48,293 nucleotides of DNA from a virus. Its lineage: Duplodnaviria > Caudoviricetes. Each line of letters starts with the position of its first letter. Position 1 is the stretch's first letter. Positions 26,016 through 35,899 of this stretch are shown here, one piece after another. A program made the position numbers and the translations under genes. The stretch is from IMG/VR virus record IMGVR_UViG_3300034965_000025, positions 1 through 48,293 of that record; one strand, written 5' to 3'. A model generated the notes under the pieces. It saw only the letters and a list, made by a program, of their open reading frames with translations, ran no database searches and was not told the origin of the DNA.

Positions 26016-26876
26016 TTAAGTGACTCTCCAAACCATTGCTCTTGTCTGTTTTGAAGGAACTGCTGCCATAATTGTGCCACCTCCTGCGGTTACTCCGACA
26101 GCAGTTAAAAAGGCATTTTCATCAAAAGCAACATAAGCCCAAGTGCCAGATGCTGGGACTAATAAAACTGCGCCAACACCGGAAACAATAAATTGCCATG
26201 ATCCCAAACCGGATCCCGCAGTCGCCGGTATTGGTGGAACATTTTTACCATTTGCCGATACATTACCAGAAGCAGCTACCGAAGCACTTGAAACAGCGCC
26301 TGATGTTGAAACACTGGTGGCCCCAGTTAATGCTCCACTCATAGATAAAGAAGTAACACCGGATAATGCCCCAGCCATGCCAAGCGACGTCACCCCACTT
26401 AACGCCCCGCCCATAGCCAAGCTGGTAACACCGGTCAAAGCCCCATTAATATCAAGCCCGCCCTTCATGAAAGCAATTTGCCCCTGCATGGTGTACGCAG
26501 TCGAAATATCCCCGTCATTAACGGCCCTGGCCTCATCAAACAAGTACAAGTTTCCCGAACCGTCATAATACCCACCATAGGCATGGTTCCAGGCCACTCC
26601 GGACAATGAGGCAACGAAAGCAGCGGCGGCAGTTGTGCCGGATGGTGTGATCTTAACGAATTTTGACGGCGTTCCTGTGATGGTCGTGTCGGTGGTACTC
26701 TTGTATAAAACCCCGCCGATCATCATCACAGATCCCGCATGGATCGTCGCAACGTCCACAATATTCCGGCCAGTGAACGCCTGATTGAGCGCCGTTATCT
26801 GATCCAGCTGCGCCTGGTAATCAGTCAGTGAAACGGGTGCTGTTGGGGTTGGAATTGCTACGCGGGATATCGCCAT
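26016..26876 (-). CDS. Minor tail/fibre protein with 11-aa repeats
   Basis: Four GAL(T/S)G(V/A)TS repeats. Confidence 0.6.
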   Translation of the reverse strand: MAISRVAIPTPTAPVSLTDYQAQLDQITALNQAFTGRNIVDVATIHAGSVMMIGGVLYKSTTDTTITGTPSKFVKITPSGTTAAAAFVASLSGVAWNHAYGGYYDGSGNLYLFDEARAVNDGDISTAYTMQGQIAFMKGGLDINGALTGVTSLAMGGALSGVTSLGMAGALSGVTSLSMSGALTGATSVSTSGAVSSASVAASGNVSANGKNVPPIPATAGSGLGSWQFIVSGVGAVLLVPASGTWAYVAFDENAFLTAVGVTAGGGTIMAAVPSKQTRAMVWRVT

Positions 26877-26877
26877 T

Positions 26878-27591
26878 TTATCTGCACTCCATTATCGGTA
26901 TCGTAATGCTATAATTCTGGCCATTTTTTCCGTACCGCCAGACCTCTGGTATCTCGCCATAAATAGGCTGTTCAAAATCAGTGGTGTTTTCAGCCATGTC
27001 AAAATAGGTAGGGTAATGTAGTCCAAAACCTTCGAGCAGCAACATCAGCGCGTTATAGGCCACCCGGTCCAGGTTGGGAATTGTTGCCTGGTATTTCCGA
27101 AAACTGTTGGTCTTATTCCGCAAAACCTGCCCGGTACTCGACCGGGTGAACACCGTGTTATTATCAATCGCTGGTTCAAATGCCGACAAAATATAATCAG
27201 TTTGGTACGAAACCCCGCAGCCGAAACCCTTGATTTTTACGTAGTCAGCGCCGCCAGTTACGTCAACCGTGATTTTAACAAACCGGCAGGTCACCGGATC
27301 AATATACAGCGTCTCGATTTCCCTGGTGATTGCCCAGGGGCCAGAATACAGCACAGTACCGGTATGGCTGGTGATCTCGATATCCACAGAACTGGCATTA
27401 CACCCGGCAATAAACAACGAGTCAACCGGCTTGTCAGTCAACAGGTCAATGGTAATGGTATCAGTAGGCAGCGCCGACAGGTAAATGGTATCCAGAAACA
27501 CGTCAGCGATATTGGATGCGGGGTATGCCGTAACTTCATAAAGCGAAGTGATTGTGGCGGTCCGGCAGTAATCGTCAAACAGTATTTTCAT
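26878..27591 (-). CDS. Distal-tail-like minor tail protein
   Basis: Immediately downstream of the tape measure; beta-rich, 237 aa. Confidence 0.55.
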   Translation of the reverse strand: MKILFDDYCRTATITSLYEVTAYPASNIADVFLDTIYLSALPTDTITIDLLTDKPVDSLFIAGCNASSVDIEITSHTGTVLYSGPWAITREIETLYIDPVTCRFVKITVDVTGGADYVKIKGFGCGVSYQTDYILSAFEPAIDNNTVFTRSSTGQVLRNKTNSFRKYQATIPNLDRVAYNALMLLLEGFGLHYPTYFDMAENTTDFEQPIYGEIPEVWRYGKNGQNYSITIPIMECR

Positions 27592-30500
27592 TATGCCAGC
27601 CCCTTGACCCGCACGGTCCCATTGTCAAAATTCCGCGCTACCGCCTTCGATATTATCACGGAATCCAGCTCGGTGACAATTGTGGCCGTGATACCGCCAT
27701 TGTTCTGGCCGATCCTGGCGGCCACCGCGTCGGCAAATTTATTCAGGAATGCCTCGCCGGATTTCCCGCCGTTCAGCATCATTTCCGGGCTGCCATTTTC
27801 GGCCACCAAGACCTCGGCACCGCCGCCTGACGCGGACGGAATAGCGATACCACCTGAAGCAAGGGCTGGTGGCTTTGGCTTGTTTGCGTTGATGGTTCCA
27901 AGCTGCACTCCCATGGTAATGCCAGCAAGGGCCATCATGGCGATACCGGCAATAATACCAGGCCATCCACCAATCTGGAGACCAGCACTGAGGCCACTGA
28001 TGATTGACTGGGCACCGGCAACAGTGGCGTTCAGGAGTTGATTTTCCCATTGGGCCTTGGCTGCTTTATATTCCATCTGAGCTTTTTCTTTTTGGTATGC
28101 CTTGTCGGCCGCCAGTTGGGCGGCGGCAGCGTCATCCATTATTTTTCGCTTGGCAGCCTCTGACTCGGCAAGGATGGTTTGTTTTTCCAGTTCTTTTTGA
28201 GCGGCGTCGATGGCTTCAGCATCTCCGGCAGCTACGGCGGCATCAAGTTTTTCCTGAGCAGATTCAACGGCGGTTTTATCTTGGATACCGGCGGCCACAA
28301 GTCTGGCCTGGGTTTCGGTATCAATCGAGTCAAGTAGATCCTGGGTAGTAGTATCCAACAAGCTTTTTTCATGTTCATATTTGGCGTCCAGCGCTTCCAT
28401 TTCCGCATCGGCCTGGGCTTGTTGGAGCTGACCGATGGCAGAAAATAGGCTGGCAAACATGCCAAGAACCTGGCTGGCATATCCGCCGACTTGCTGTACG
28501 CGTTTAGTTAACGAATCCATATCGATTTTTTCGATCTGCGCGGCCTGGTATTTGGCAATGTTTACCGACTGGTCGGCATAGGTTTTATCGGAAGCCAGCC
28601 TTAAGGCATTGGCTGCCATCAGGTCGGAAACTTCTTTATCAAGCGCCGTTTTTTTCTTGGCTGTTTCGGCGTCAATAGCATCCATTTCACCATCTGCCAT
28701 TGACTGGCGGAAATTGTCGGTCAGGACCATTGCGGCTTTTTTCTGGTCTTCGGATGTCTCAAGATCCTTGACGCCTTTGTCTTGGATTGCCTTGATTTTC
28801 TTGGCCAGCAGATCGCGCCGGGCGGTCTGGGCTTCGGTCATGTTCCCGCTTGCCTCAAGTGCAGCAATTTCAATCTGCATCGATTCTACGGTTCCATCAA
28901 GCGCCGATTGCAATTGATTTTCGGTAGCTATGGCCGCTTGCTTGGCGTCAGTTATAACCTTGAGCTTTCCGGCAGCCTGGTCCCTGATTGCCATTTCTGC
29001 GGTAATGGCGGCTTGTTTTTCTTTTGACAACTGACCATCTTTTACTGCCTCATTTTGTATCTGAGTTATTCGACCATTGGACAGTTCGACAATTTTCGAT
29101 AGGTATTCCTCTTCGTCCATCAGCTTGGCGTCAAGCATGGCCTTAAAAACAGCTTTTGATCGGTCGTATTCGGTGAGTAGGTCTTTTCGTGCCTGGATTT
29201 CCCGTTCTATTGCTTGCTTGGCAGCCTCGGTGGCGGCTTTTTTATCGGCAGCGGCCTGGGCGGCTGCGGCCTGGGCGGCACGTTCTGCGTCGGCGGTTCC
29301 GTCCAGTTCCTTGATTTGCTGGCGAAGTTTCTTGTTCTGCTCTTCGATCTTGGCGTTTTGCTGATTCGTCCATGCGATGCTTTCCTGGCGGGATTTGTTT
29401 CCGTCGTCCTCGCCTGACTTAAGCGTGGCAAGCTCTTGCACTGCCTTCCTGTATAGCTCCGTCTGGCGTTCCGTTGGAGCCTTCAAGGCAAGGTAGCTGG
29501 CAATGGTTTTTTCCCGGCTCTTTATCGACATGTCAGTCAATGAGCCGGTGGCCTTCTGGTTATCAGCAAGGCGCTTGGTATTGGCCGCCATCGCATCATT
29601 GTTTACCTTGATCTCGGCATTAATGGCCGATAGCGCGTCCTTGTTTCGCTCGGCGTTGAGTTTCTTTTGAGCCTCAGTTACCTGGCCTATGGTGGCCTTG
29701 TTTAAATCCATGGTCCTGGTCAGTTCAGGATACAGTTTTTTGAGCTGGTCTATCTGGTCAGCGGAAAGCTTTTGTGCTCTGGTGGCATCATTGGTTGGTC
29801 CAACAATCTTGGTAAATTCATCATTGCTTTTTTTAGTGGCAGCTACCAGGTCGTTGCTGTTTCGAATTAACCGGTCTGTCGAGTTTTCAAAAGCGCCAGC
29901 AGATACGGCAGCGGTAGTCAATCCAACTGCCAGGATCCCGATAGCCGATGCAATAAGCCCAACAGGGCCAAGCGAGGTAGCCACAGCCAGGCCGATACCC
30001 TTGATTACGCCAATCACAGCCGGACCAGCGGCAGCAAACGCAATTAGGCCGCCAGCCAGGCCGGCAATGGTTATAATCGCTGTCTTGACCGGGCCAGGCA
30101 GCGCCGATATGGCATTAAGCACCGTGGTAGCTACCTGCGCCATTCCACGCATGGCCGGCGTGGCGGCATCCCCCAGGCTGGCGGCGACATTCTTCGTTGA
30201 CGCATCAAGTTTCTTTAGGTCTCCGTCAAGCGAGTCCATCTTGATACGCGCGGTTTCGGCGGCAAAACCCTGATCATTGACCTTTCCAATCCAGTCGTCA
30301 ATGCCTTTCCCGCCCTGCTCCATTAGCACGATGGCGGCGCGTTTGCCGTCATTTCCAAACAGGGTTTGCAGATATTCGGATTTCTCGGCTTCGGTCAGTC
30401 CGCCAAGTTTAGTTTTTAGCTGTTCGGCAACATCGGATATGCCGACAAAATTACCCTGGGCATCATAGGCCGCAAACCCGAGTTTTTTCATCAGCGCGCC

Positions 30501-31526
30501 AGCCTCGGCGCTGACCGGAGTCAGCGCAGCCAGCATGGTCTTCAGCGACGTACCAGCATCAGATCCCAGTAGGCTATTGGAGGCAAAGGCTGCAAGTGTA
30601 CCAGTGGTATCCTCTATCGATAGCCCGGTTTTTGAAGCCACCAGGCCCACCTGCTTGAACGCCATGGTGAAATCTGATACTTCCCCTTGGGCGTTCCCAG
30701 CGGCAGCGGCCAGCAGGTCGGCAATATGGGTTACATCAGCTCCGGTCTTGCCGAATTGAGTCATGAGCCCAGCAGCAGCCTCGGCAGCTGCCCCCACATC
30801 CATTTCACCAGCAGCAGCCAGCGCCATGGCACCATCAAGGCCACCACCAAGAATATCGGCGGTCGAGACCCCTGCTTTAGCCAGGGCCTCGATACCCTGG
30901 AGAGCCTCGGCGTTGGTCTTGCCATACTGTTTGGCGGCAAGGTCGGCAGCCATGGCAAACTGGTCCATTTCCTCAGTGCTTCCCCGCGTGGCAGCGCGTA
31001 CGCCAGCCAGGGCTGCAGAATAGTCGCTTGTTGCCGTAACCAGGGAGCGAAAGGCTAAAGCCACCACGGCGGCGGCGGCGACTGATGCGGCGGAAAAGCT
31101 GGTTGCGCTGGTACCGGCTTTGTTTTCGGCGGTGTCCAGGGTTTTATATTGAGTTTCGAGTTTGGATAGTTCCGCGCGCACGGTTTTCGAGTCGCTGATT
31201 TCCTGGGCGGTGTATCCGCCTTTTTTGGCGGCAGTAGCCGCAATATATGACAATTCTTGCTTGCGGGCGGCTATGGACTCGGCAATGGCCTGTTGCTGGG
31301 TCATTGCCCCGGATTTTACGGCACCGTCCAGGCTTGCCAAGTATGTTTTGACATTCTGTATTGATTTTGAATAGTTGTTGCTGAACAGGTTTGACGTAGT
31401 GTTTGACATGTCGACGACGGTTCCGCCGAATCTGTCAATGCTGGATACGGCCTGGGTTATATCCGATTGGAGTTTATCCAGCCGAATCCTGACCTCACTA
31501 TAAATACTTCCGGCGTCTTCGCTCAT
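27591..31526 (-). CDS. Tail tape measure protein (TP901-type core)
   Basis: 1311 aa, Ala-rich helical; LAKAG...LAAAG, GSDAGTSLKTML and LGF..YDAQGNF motifs. Confidence 0.95.
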   Translation of the reverse strand: MSEDAGSIYSEVRIRLDKLQSDITQAVSSIDRFGGTVVDMSNTTSNLFSNNYSKSIQNVKTYLASLDGAVKSGAMTQQQAIAESIAARKQELSYIAATAAKKGGYTAQEISDSKTVRAELSKLETQYKTLDTAENKAGTSATSFSAASVAAAAVVALAFRSLVTATSDYSAALAGVRAATRGSTEEMDQFAMAADLAAKQYGKTNAEALQGIEALAKAGVSTADILGGGLDGAMALAAAGEMDVGAAAEAAAGLMTQFGKTGADVTHIADLLAAAAGNAQGEVSDFTMAFKQVGLVASKTGLSIEDTTGTLAAFASNSLLGSDAGTSLKTMLAALTPVSAEAGALMKKLGFAAYDAQGNFVGISDVAEQLKTKLGGLTEAEKSEYLQTLFGNDGKRAAIVLMEQGGKGIDDWIGKVNDQGFAAETARIKMDSLDGDLKKLDASTKNVAASLGDAATPAMRGMAQVATTVLNAISALPGPVKTAIITIAGLAGGLIAFAAAGPAVIGVIKGIGLAVATSLGPVGLIASAIGILAVGLTTAAVSAGAFENSTDRLIRNSNDLVAATKKSNDEFTKIVGPTNDATRAQKLSADQIDQLKKLYPELTRTMDLNKATIGQVTEAQKKLNAERNKDALSAINAEIKVNNDAMAANTKRLADNQKATGSLTDMSIKSREKTIASYLALKAPTERQTELYRKAVQELATLKSGEDDGNKSRQESIAWTNQQNAKIEEQNKKLRQQIKELDGTADAERAAQAAAAQAAADKKAATEAAKQAIEREIQARKDLLTEYDRSKAVFKAMLDAKLMDEEEYLSKIVELSNGRITQIQNEAVKDGQLSKEKQAAITAEMAIRDQAAGKLKVITDAKQAAIATENQLQSALDGTVESMQIEIAALEASGNMTEAQTARRDLLAKKIKAIQDKGVKDLETSEDQKKAAMVLTDNFRQSMADGEMDAIDAETAKKKTALDKEVSDLMAANALRLASDKTYADQSVNIAKYQAAQIEKIDMDSLTKRVQQVGGYASQVLGMFASLFSAIGQLQQAQADAEMEALDAKYEHEKSLLDTTTQDLLDSIDTETQARLVAAGIQDKTAVESAQEKLDAAVAAGDAEAIDAAQKELEKQTILAESEAAKRKIMDDAAAAQLAADKAYQKEKAQMEYKAAKAQWENQLLNATVAGAQSIISGLSAGLQIGGWPGIIAGIAMMALAGITMGVQLGTINANKPKPPALASGGIAIPSASGGGAEVLVAENGSPEMMLNGGKSGEAFLNKFADAVAARIGQNNGGITATIVTELDSVIISKAVARNFDNGTVRVKGLA

Positions 31527-31532
31527 GACGCC

Positions 31533-31561
31533 ATTATATCTTGGTTTGGCATGGGTGTAAA
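31533..31561 (-). promoter_or_regulatory. Leaderless promoter for the tape measure/tail-tip/lysis module
   Basis: TTTACA-17-TATAAT, then 6 nt to ATG 31526. Confidence 0.75.
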
Positions 31562-31567
31562 TCTTGG

Positions 31568-32287
31568 CTACATTTGGCGGTTATCAAATTCCTTTTTATG
31601 CTGGAGATACCACCAAGCCCTATTGTCAATATCCGTCTTCAAAAGCTTGTCCCCAGGAAACCGCTCAAAATTCCCGCCAATATGATCCGATGGATTATCG
31701 CCACCAAGGGTAGCCAGCGTGGCCGACTTGATCAGCAATTCATAGGTCACCGCGTCAATATCTGACCGGCTGACACCTGTAATCCATGCCACCAGCGGCG
31801 CGGTAAACACGGGGGGCAGAATAAACTTGCAAGCCAGCTCCAGACCATCATAGACTTTTTTCAGCTTCACCTTTTCCGGACCGTGTGGTAATTCCTTCCA
31901 CTGTGCCTTGATTCCAGCCAGTTCAGTAGCCACCTTTTCATGGCTCATATACGTCCCACACATATTTAGTAAATCATCATATGTCGGGTTTGCCATCGAG
32001 ATCCGCAATAGCGAATCATGCCGCTCGGCATACGCCGACATTTCCTCAACCGACGGTTCCCGCTGGCTGGCTATTTTGTCCCAAAACGTCTTGATCATGG
32101 TGATATCGCCGATTGCGTAAATCTGCGCCTCGCTCAATTCCCGCATTATCACCACGACCTGGCCAATATTCGGCCAATTGGTGGCGACCGGTCGGAATAG
32201 ACCTTGCTGCATTTTCTCGATTGTTGACAGTTCTACTGGTTTTGGTGGCTGGCGCAACAGGCGCTGAATCCAATTTCGTTCGTACAT
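31568..32287 (-). CDS. Probable tail assembly chaperone
   Basis: Position directly upstream of the tape measure. Confidence 0.5.
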   Translation of the reverse strand: MYERNWIQRLLRQPPKPVELSTIEKMQQGLFRPVATNWPNIGQVVVIMRELSEAQIYAIGDITMIKTFWDKIASQREPSVEEMSAYAERHDSLLRISMANPTYDDLLNMCGTYMSHEKVATELAGIKAQWKELPHGPEKVKLKKVYDGLELACKFILPPVFTAPLVAWITGVSRSDIDAVTYELLIKSATLATLGGDNPSDHIGGNFERFPGDKLLKTDIDNRAWWYLQHKKEFDNRQM

Positions 32288-32293
32288 TCAACA

Positions 32294-32322
32294 ATAATGC
32301 CATACCATGCGCCAGTTGTCAA
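32294..32322 (-). promoter_or_regulatory. Leaderless promoter (CGCA class)
   Basis: TTGACA actgg CGCA tggtatgg CATTAT, then 6 nt to ATG 32287. Confidence 0.7.
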
Positions 32323-32329
32323 ATATTGC

Positions 32330-32358
32330 TTGACGTAGTCCGCACCATGCGCTATATT
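32330..32358 (+). promoter_or_regulatory. Plus-strand island promoter, CGCA class
   Basis: TTGACG tagtc CGCA ccatgcgc TATATT. Confidence 0.7.
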
Positions 32359-32384
32359 TATAGTATCAAAAGCGAGGTGAAAAA

Positions 32385-32588
32385 ATGAAGAAACCAACCA
32401 AGCCAGAATACACCTACGAACAGTTGATTGACAAGGCCAATGCCTGTATCAAGGCGGCCGTCAACTGCTGGAATGCCCAGCTGGAGTCCAAGCCCATCGG
32501 CGGGATTTACATGGGCGACGTCTGGTACGAGAAAGCCAAGCAGATCCGGGCCAGCGCCCGGATGTTACCTTGCGGTGGTCGGGTATGA
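32385..32588 (+). CDS. Hypothetical protein
   Basis: SD GAGGTG. Confidence 0.6.
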   Translation: MKKPTKPEYTYEQLIDKANACIKAAVNCWNAQLESKPIGGIYMGDVWYEKAKQIRASARMLPCGGRV

Positions 32589-32732
32589 GCCTTCATTGCG
32601 ACCTGATCACCTGTACAAAGGCACTGCCGCCAGACATCAGGTACATGCTTATGTATGAGCATATCCGCGAGAACCAGATGGCCAAGATCCTGTATGCCGA
32701 GCAGGACCAGCGAAAATACAGGAGGACAAGTC

Positions 32733-32954
32733 ATGCAAAAGACCATGACGATTACCGTACCAGAAAGCTGGACGGACGTGATCACGGAAGCAGCATTTAG
32801 GCAGCAATTGCAGTCTTTTTTTGAGCGAAATCAGCCCTGCTCGGTCTGTTCAGGGGAAGGGCACTATCAGCCGGGCAATCATCTGTCGGATCAGGAAGAA
32901 ATCTACTGCGAGAAATGCGGTGGGAAGGGATGGGAGAATCCCCTGTTGGGGTAA
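32733..32954 (+). CDS. Small protein with DnaJ-type Zn finger (CxxCxGxG x2)
   Basis: CSVCSGEG...CEKCGGKG; SD AGGAGG. Confidence 0.65.
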   Translation: MQKTMTITVPESWTDVITEAAFRQQLQSFFERNQPCSVCSGEGHYQPGNHLSDQEEIYCEKCGGKGWENPLLG

Positions 32955-32964
32955 AGGAGATCCA

Positions 32965-33519
32965 ATGAGTGATATTTTGGTGCAATTGGGGATTACCAGA
33001 GAATCCGTAGTAGAAAGCATTGTCAGCACAGCCCTTGGTATGGCGGCAGACTACAAGCAAACCGGTGAGGAAGCCTGGGAAAATATCCCGCTATCAGACG
33101 TGGTAGACAAAAAAATCACCGCGGCTATCGGCAATCTGGTGGAAGGTATGAACCCGTTCATTCAGGCCAGGATTGAAAACATCATGGACGAAAAAATCCG
33201 GGAGGTGTTTACCAGTTCCTTCCAGCAAGTTGATCGTTGGGGGAAGCCCACTGGGGAGCCGACCACCGTCCAAGATTTGATCGCTGACGAAGCCAAAAAG
33301 TACTGGGTGGAAACCGTGGGGAACGACGGAAAAAAACCCGACGGCTATAGCATGTCAACTCAGACACGGGCCCAATGGTACGCTAAGCAGGTCATGACGG
33401 ATGTCTACAACAAAGAACTCCAGGAAACCGTCCGGACCATGGCCAAGGAATTGAAAGCAAAGATCCCCCAGACCATTGGGGAGGAAATCAGCAAGGCCGT
33501 AATAGGGTACCTGAAATAA
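32965..33519 (+). CDS. Hypothetical helical protein
   Basis: SD AAGGAG; probable start MSDILVQLG. Confidence 0.65.
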   Translation: MSDILVQLGITRESVVESIVSTALGMAADYKQTGEEAWENIPLSDVVDKKITAAIGNLVEGMNPFIQARIENIMDEKIREVFTSSFQQVDRWGKPTGEPTTVQDLIADEAKKYWVETVGNDGKKPDGYSMSTQTRAQWYAKQVMTDVYNKELQETVRTMAKELKAKIPQTIGEEISKAVIGYLK

Positions 33520-33586
33520 AATAGCCTTGCCCCTGGTGGCTGGCTTATTAAAACAAGGAGGAAAGACAAGCCGCTTACATTGGCGA

Positions 33587-33870
33587 CTTACCGATTCTGA
33601 CTTTGACAGTAAATCGTAAATGCCGCTATCCAGCGTTGCTGGCTCTGGCGGTACCCCGGGCTGGTATAGCGCAACTACGGCGCAACGGTAAGGTAGCCGG
33701 AGTCCTGAGAGTGGCCATATGAAAGGCTGGCATAAATCCGAATGGGTCCGAATCCCATCCAGTCCAAACCTCCCCGTATGGGGAAGGTATCATGAATCCA
33801 AAGGAGATGTCTCCTTTCTAACCGTCCGCCTGGCTGGTCAGCTCATCCGAAAACGGATTCCAGCCAGGCA
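33587..33870 (+). ncRNA. Highly structured intergenic RNA containing a tRNA-like domain (33658-33766)
   Basis: Acceptor-like stem GGGCTGG/CCAGTCC and T-arm ATGGG-TCCGAAT-CCCAT, plus at least five flanking hairpins. Confidence 0.55.
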
Positions 33871-33888
33871 CCTTTGGAGACAAAAATC

Positions 33889-34041
33889 ATGGAAGCACTT
33901 ATACTTTTGGGCATGATTGCCTTGGTTGTTTTGATCGCGTTTCTGGCCGGGTGGTTTGCGTTCCGGAAGCCAGTCCAGGCGGTCCTCAAGAATGAGGAAG
34001 CCAAAGACGAAATGCGGGATATTGGAGCATCAAATGACTGA
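33889..34041 (+). CDS. 50-aa single-pass membrane peptide (not in the ORF track)
   Basis: MEALILLGMIALVVLIAFLAGWFAFRKP...; SD GGAG. Confidence 0.6.
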   Translation: MEALILLGMIALVVLIAFLAGWFAFRKPVQAVLKNEEAKDEMRDIGASND

Positions 34042-34204
34042 CAAAGACCGCTCCCAACTGTTGCGAATGGCCGGTAATATTGCTTGCGGAATTACCGGGT
34101 CACGATTTGATCTCCCCACTGATCGAATTGCGGAGTATTCAGCAGAAATTGCCTTGGCCACCATGAAAGCCGTGGACAAGCTGATTCAGGATGCAAGGGA
34201 ATGA
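34034..34204 (+). CDS. Small hypothetical protein
   Basis: Start MTDKDRSQLL; SD GGAG; coupled to the next gene. Confidence 0.55.
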   Translation: MTDKDRSQLLRMAGNIACGITGSRFDLPTDRIAEYSAEIALATMKAVDKLIQDARE

Positions 34205-34458
34205 AAGAGCAGCCAATTAATTACATCCTAAACGATTTGATGACTATGGGGAAATCAAATAGAGAAATTTCCGCAGCCATTGCCGCCGCATCCCAGGCAG
34301 AGCTTGCCGAAAAAGACAGGCAGATCAAGGAACTGGTGGATATGCTTTGCAAGAAGCGAACAGAGCTTGAGCAGTATGAGATTGAAGCGACTTGTGAAAG
34401 CTACAATGACCCTGAATTAAATGATCTTATCGCCACGTACAAGGTGGCGCAGGGATGA
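34201..34458 (+). CDS. Hypothetical coiled-coil protein
   Basis: ATGA coupling on both sides. Confidence 0.55.
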   Translation: MKEQPINYILNDLMTMGKSNREISAAIAAASQAELAEKDRQIKELVDMLCKKRTELEQYEIEATCESYNDPELNDLIATYKVAQG

Positions 34459-34961
34459 AACCAACGAAGGAACAGATTGAAAGTGTGATTATTAAACTTC
34501 ATGGATATGATGTAATCATCGATAAATCTTCTTTTGACTTTGTTTCTAAATATAAATGGTTCTTTAGTATTTCTACTAAGGGCACATCTAACATTTATTT
34601 TAGGCGCAGTGTGAAACTTGGTAATGGGAAATGGGGGAAGGTTGCACTTCATCGGGAGCTACTTGGCGTCACCGATGGATCATTGTGTGTAGATCATATC
34701 AATGGGAACACCCTGGACAATCGTATTTCAAATTTACGGATTGCCACCAAAAGCCAAAATGGAATGAACTCCAAGGTCAAGAAGAATTCTCCGACAGGAA
34801 TTACTGGTGTAGTCCCACACAGAAATACAGGAAGATTTATTGCCCAAATATCAGTAAACAGAAAGAATATCTATCTTGGGATGTTTGATGATATCAATTC
34901 AGCTATTGAGTGCAGGAAGAAATATGAGGAGGAATATTTTGGAGAATATGCAAGAAAGTAA
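34455..34961 (+). CDS. Free-standing HNH endonuclease with AP2 DNA-binding domain
   Basis: LHR...VDHINGNTLDNRISNLR...QN..N, then TGITGV...F.AQI......YLGMF...A. AT-rich. Confidence 0.92.
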   Translation: MKPTKEQIESVIIKLHGYDVIIDKSSFDFVSKYKWFFSISTKGTSNIYFRRSVKLGNGKWGKVALHRELLGVTDGSLCVDHINGNTLDNRISNLRIATKSQNGMNSKVKKNSPTGITGVVPHRNTGRFIAQISVNRKNIYLGMFDDINSAIECRKKYEEEYFGEYARK

Positions 34962-35157
34962 ACCGCAATGCACCTGGAAAGAAACCGATCCAAACGGCAG
35001 CGAATCAGATAGTTGGTATGGGACTTGCGAAATAATGTGGTATATACCGGATCGGTTCAGTCATACACTTGAACAAATGGGTATGAACTACTGCCCCAAG
35101 TGCGGCGGCAAGATTGTCGAAGTGCCGTATCCAGTGGAGGCTGAAGAAGATGAGTGA
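34948..35157 (+). CDS. Small Zn-ribbon protein
   Basis: C.W...C...NYCPKCGGKI. Confidence 0.65.
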   Translation: MQESKPQCTWKETDPNGSESDSWYGTCEIMWYIPDRFSHTLEQMGMNYCPKCGGKIVEVPYPVEAEEDE

Positions 35158-35899
35158 AGAATTGCGAAAACAGTTTGAGCTTGAAACCGAATGCCATTGG
35201 GAAAACTATCAAGGTGAGCCCGATATTGAGTATGTTCAATGGCTTGAATCCAAATTGAACACCCGCCCCGAAACCAAGCCGCTGATCAAATGCCCGAAAT
35301 GCGGCAAAGAAAACGAGCCTGATACTGCGCATACGTGTAATCAGGGGAATCAGCTGACGGTGGAGCAGATATATGATTTGACTGATAAATGGATAGATCA
35401 AAATTGGCAAACTCAGCCATCAAAAAATAACCTAATGAAGTTATGCAAAATTATCCACGCCTTCCTACTATCGGAATTTGAATTGGTAAAATCCGCGTAC
35501 TGCGGGGCGATGGTAACCAAGAACCTAAGACGGGAATACGACGGCGATATTGCGTGCGTATCATGTTGGGTTGACAGCCTGCGTGAAACCAAAGAAATTC
35601 AGGATGCGCGGATCAAGGAACTGGAAGCCGATTATGAAAAACAGATAGCCGCATTTGCTGAATTAACCTACATCGCCATGGATCAGAAAAAATCACTTGC
35701 CACACTGGCAGCCGAAAACAAGGAACTGTTGGCCAATATGCGCACAATAAACGAATCAATTGGGAAATGGATGTCTGCTGCAATGGACGACAAGACCGTG
35801 TGCAAGGAAATGAAAGCAGACATACAGGTGTTTTTTGACGCTCTCCCTGGCAGTATTTTTTCGGATGGCGTGTCAGAAAACCAGGCGCCAAAACCATGA
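35150..35899 (+). CDS. Hypothetical mosaic protein (Zn ribbon plus coiled coil)
   Basis: EYVQWLE and CPKCG motifs, coiled coil. Confidence 0.6.
   Translation: MSEELRKQFELETECHWENYQGEPDIEYVQWLESKLNTRPETKPLIKCPKCGKENEPDTAHTCNQGNQLTVEQIYDLTDKWIDQNWQTQPSKNNLMKLCKIIHAFLLSEFELVKSAYCGAMVTKNLRREYDGDIACVSCWVDSLRETKEIQDARIKELEADYEKQIAAFAELTYIAMDQKKSLATLAAENKELLANMRTINESIGKWMSAAMDDKTVCKEMKADIQVFFDALPGSIFSDGVSENQAPKP

Noticed and set aside
27202-31374. Long antisense ORFs over the tape measure (and similar ones over capsid, portal and primase)
   Set aside because: These are shadow frames of biased-codon genes with no recognisable motifs, unlike the 45084..45692 ORF.
31568-32287. Programmed frameshift of the tail chaperone (lambda G/GT type)
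   Set aside because: There is a single ORF upstream of the tape measure, with no second overlapping ORF or convincing slippery site identified.
33603-33631. TTGACA as another CGCA-class promoter
   Set aside because: It has no CGCA and no acceptable -10 at 17 nt, and it lies inside a hairpin.
33658-33766. Canonical tRNA gene
   Set aside because: At 109 nt it is too long, has no recognisable D or anticodon arm, and has a TCC rather than TTC T-loop. Reported only as tRNA-like.
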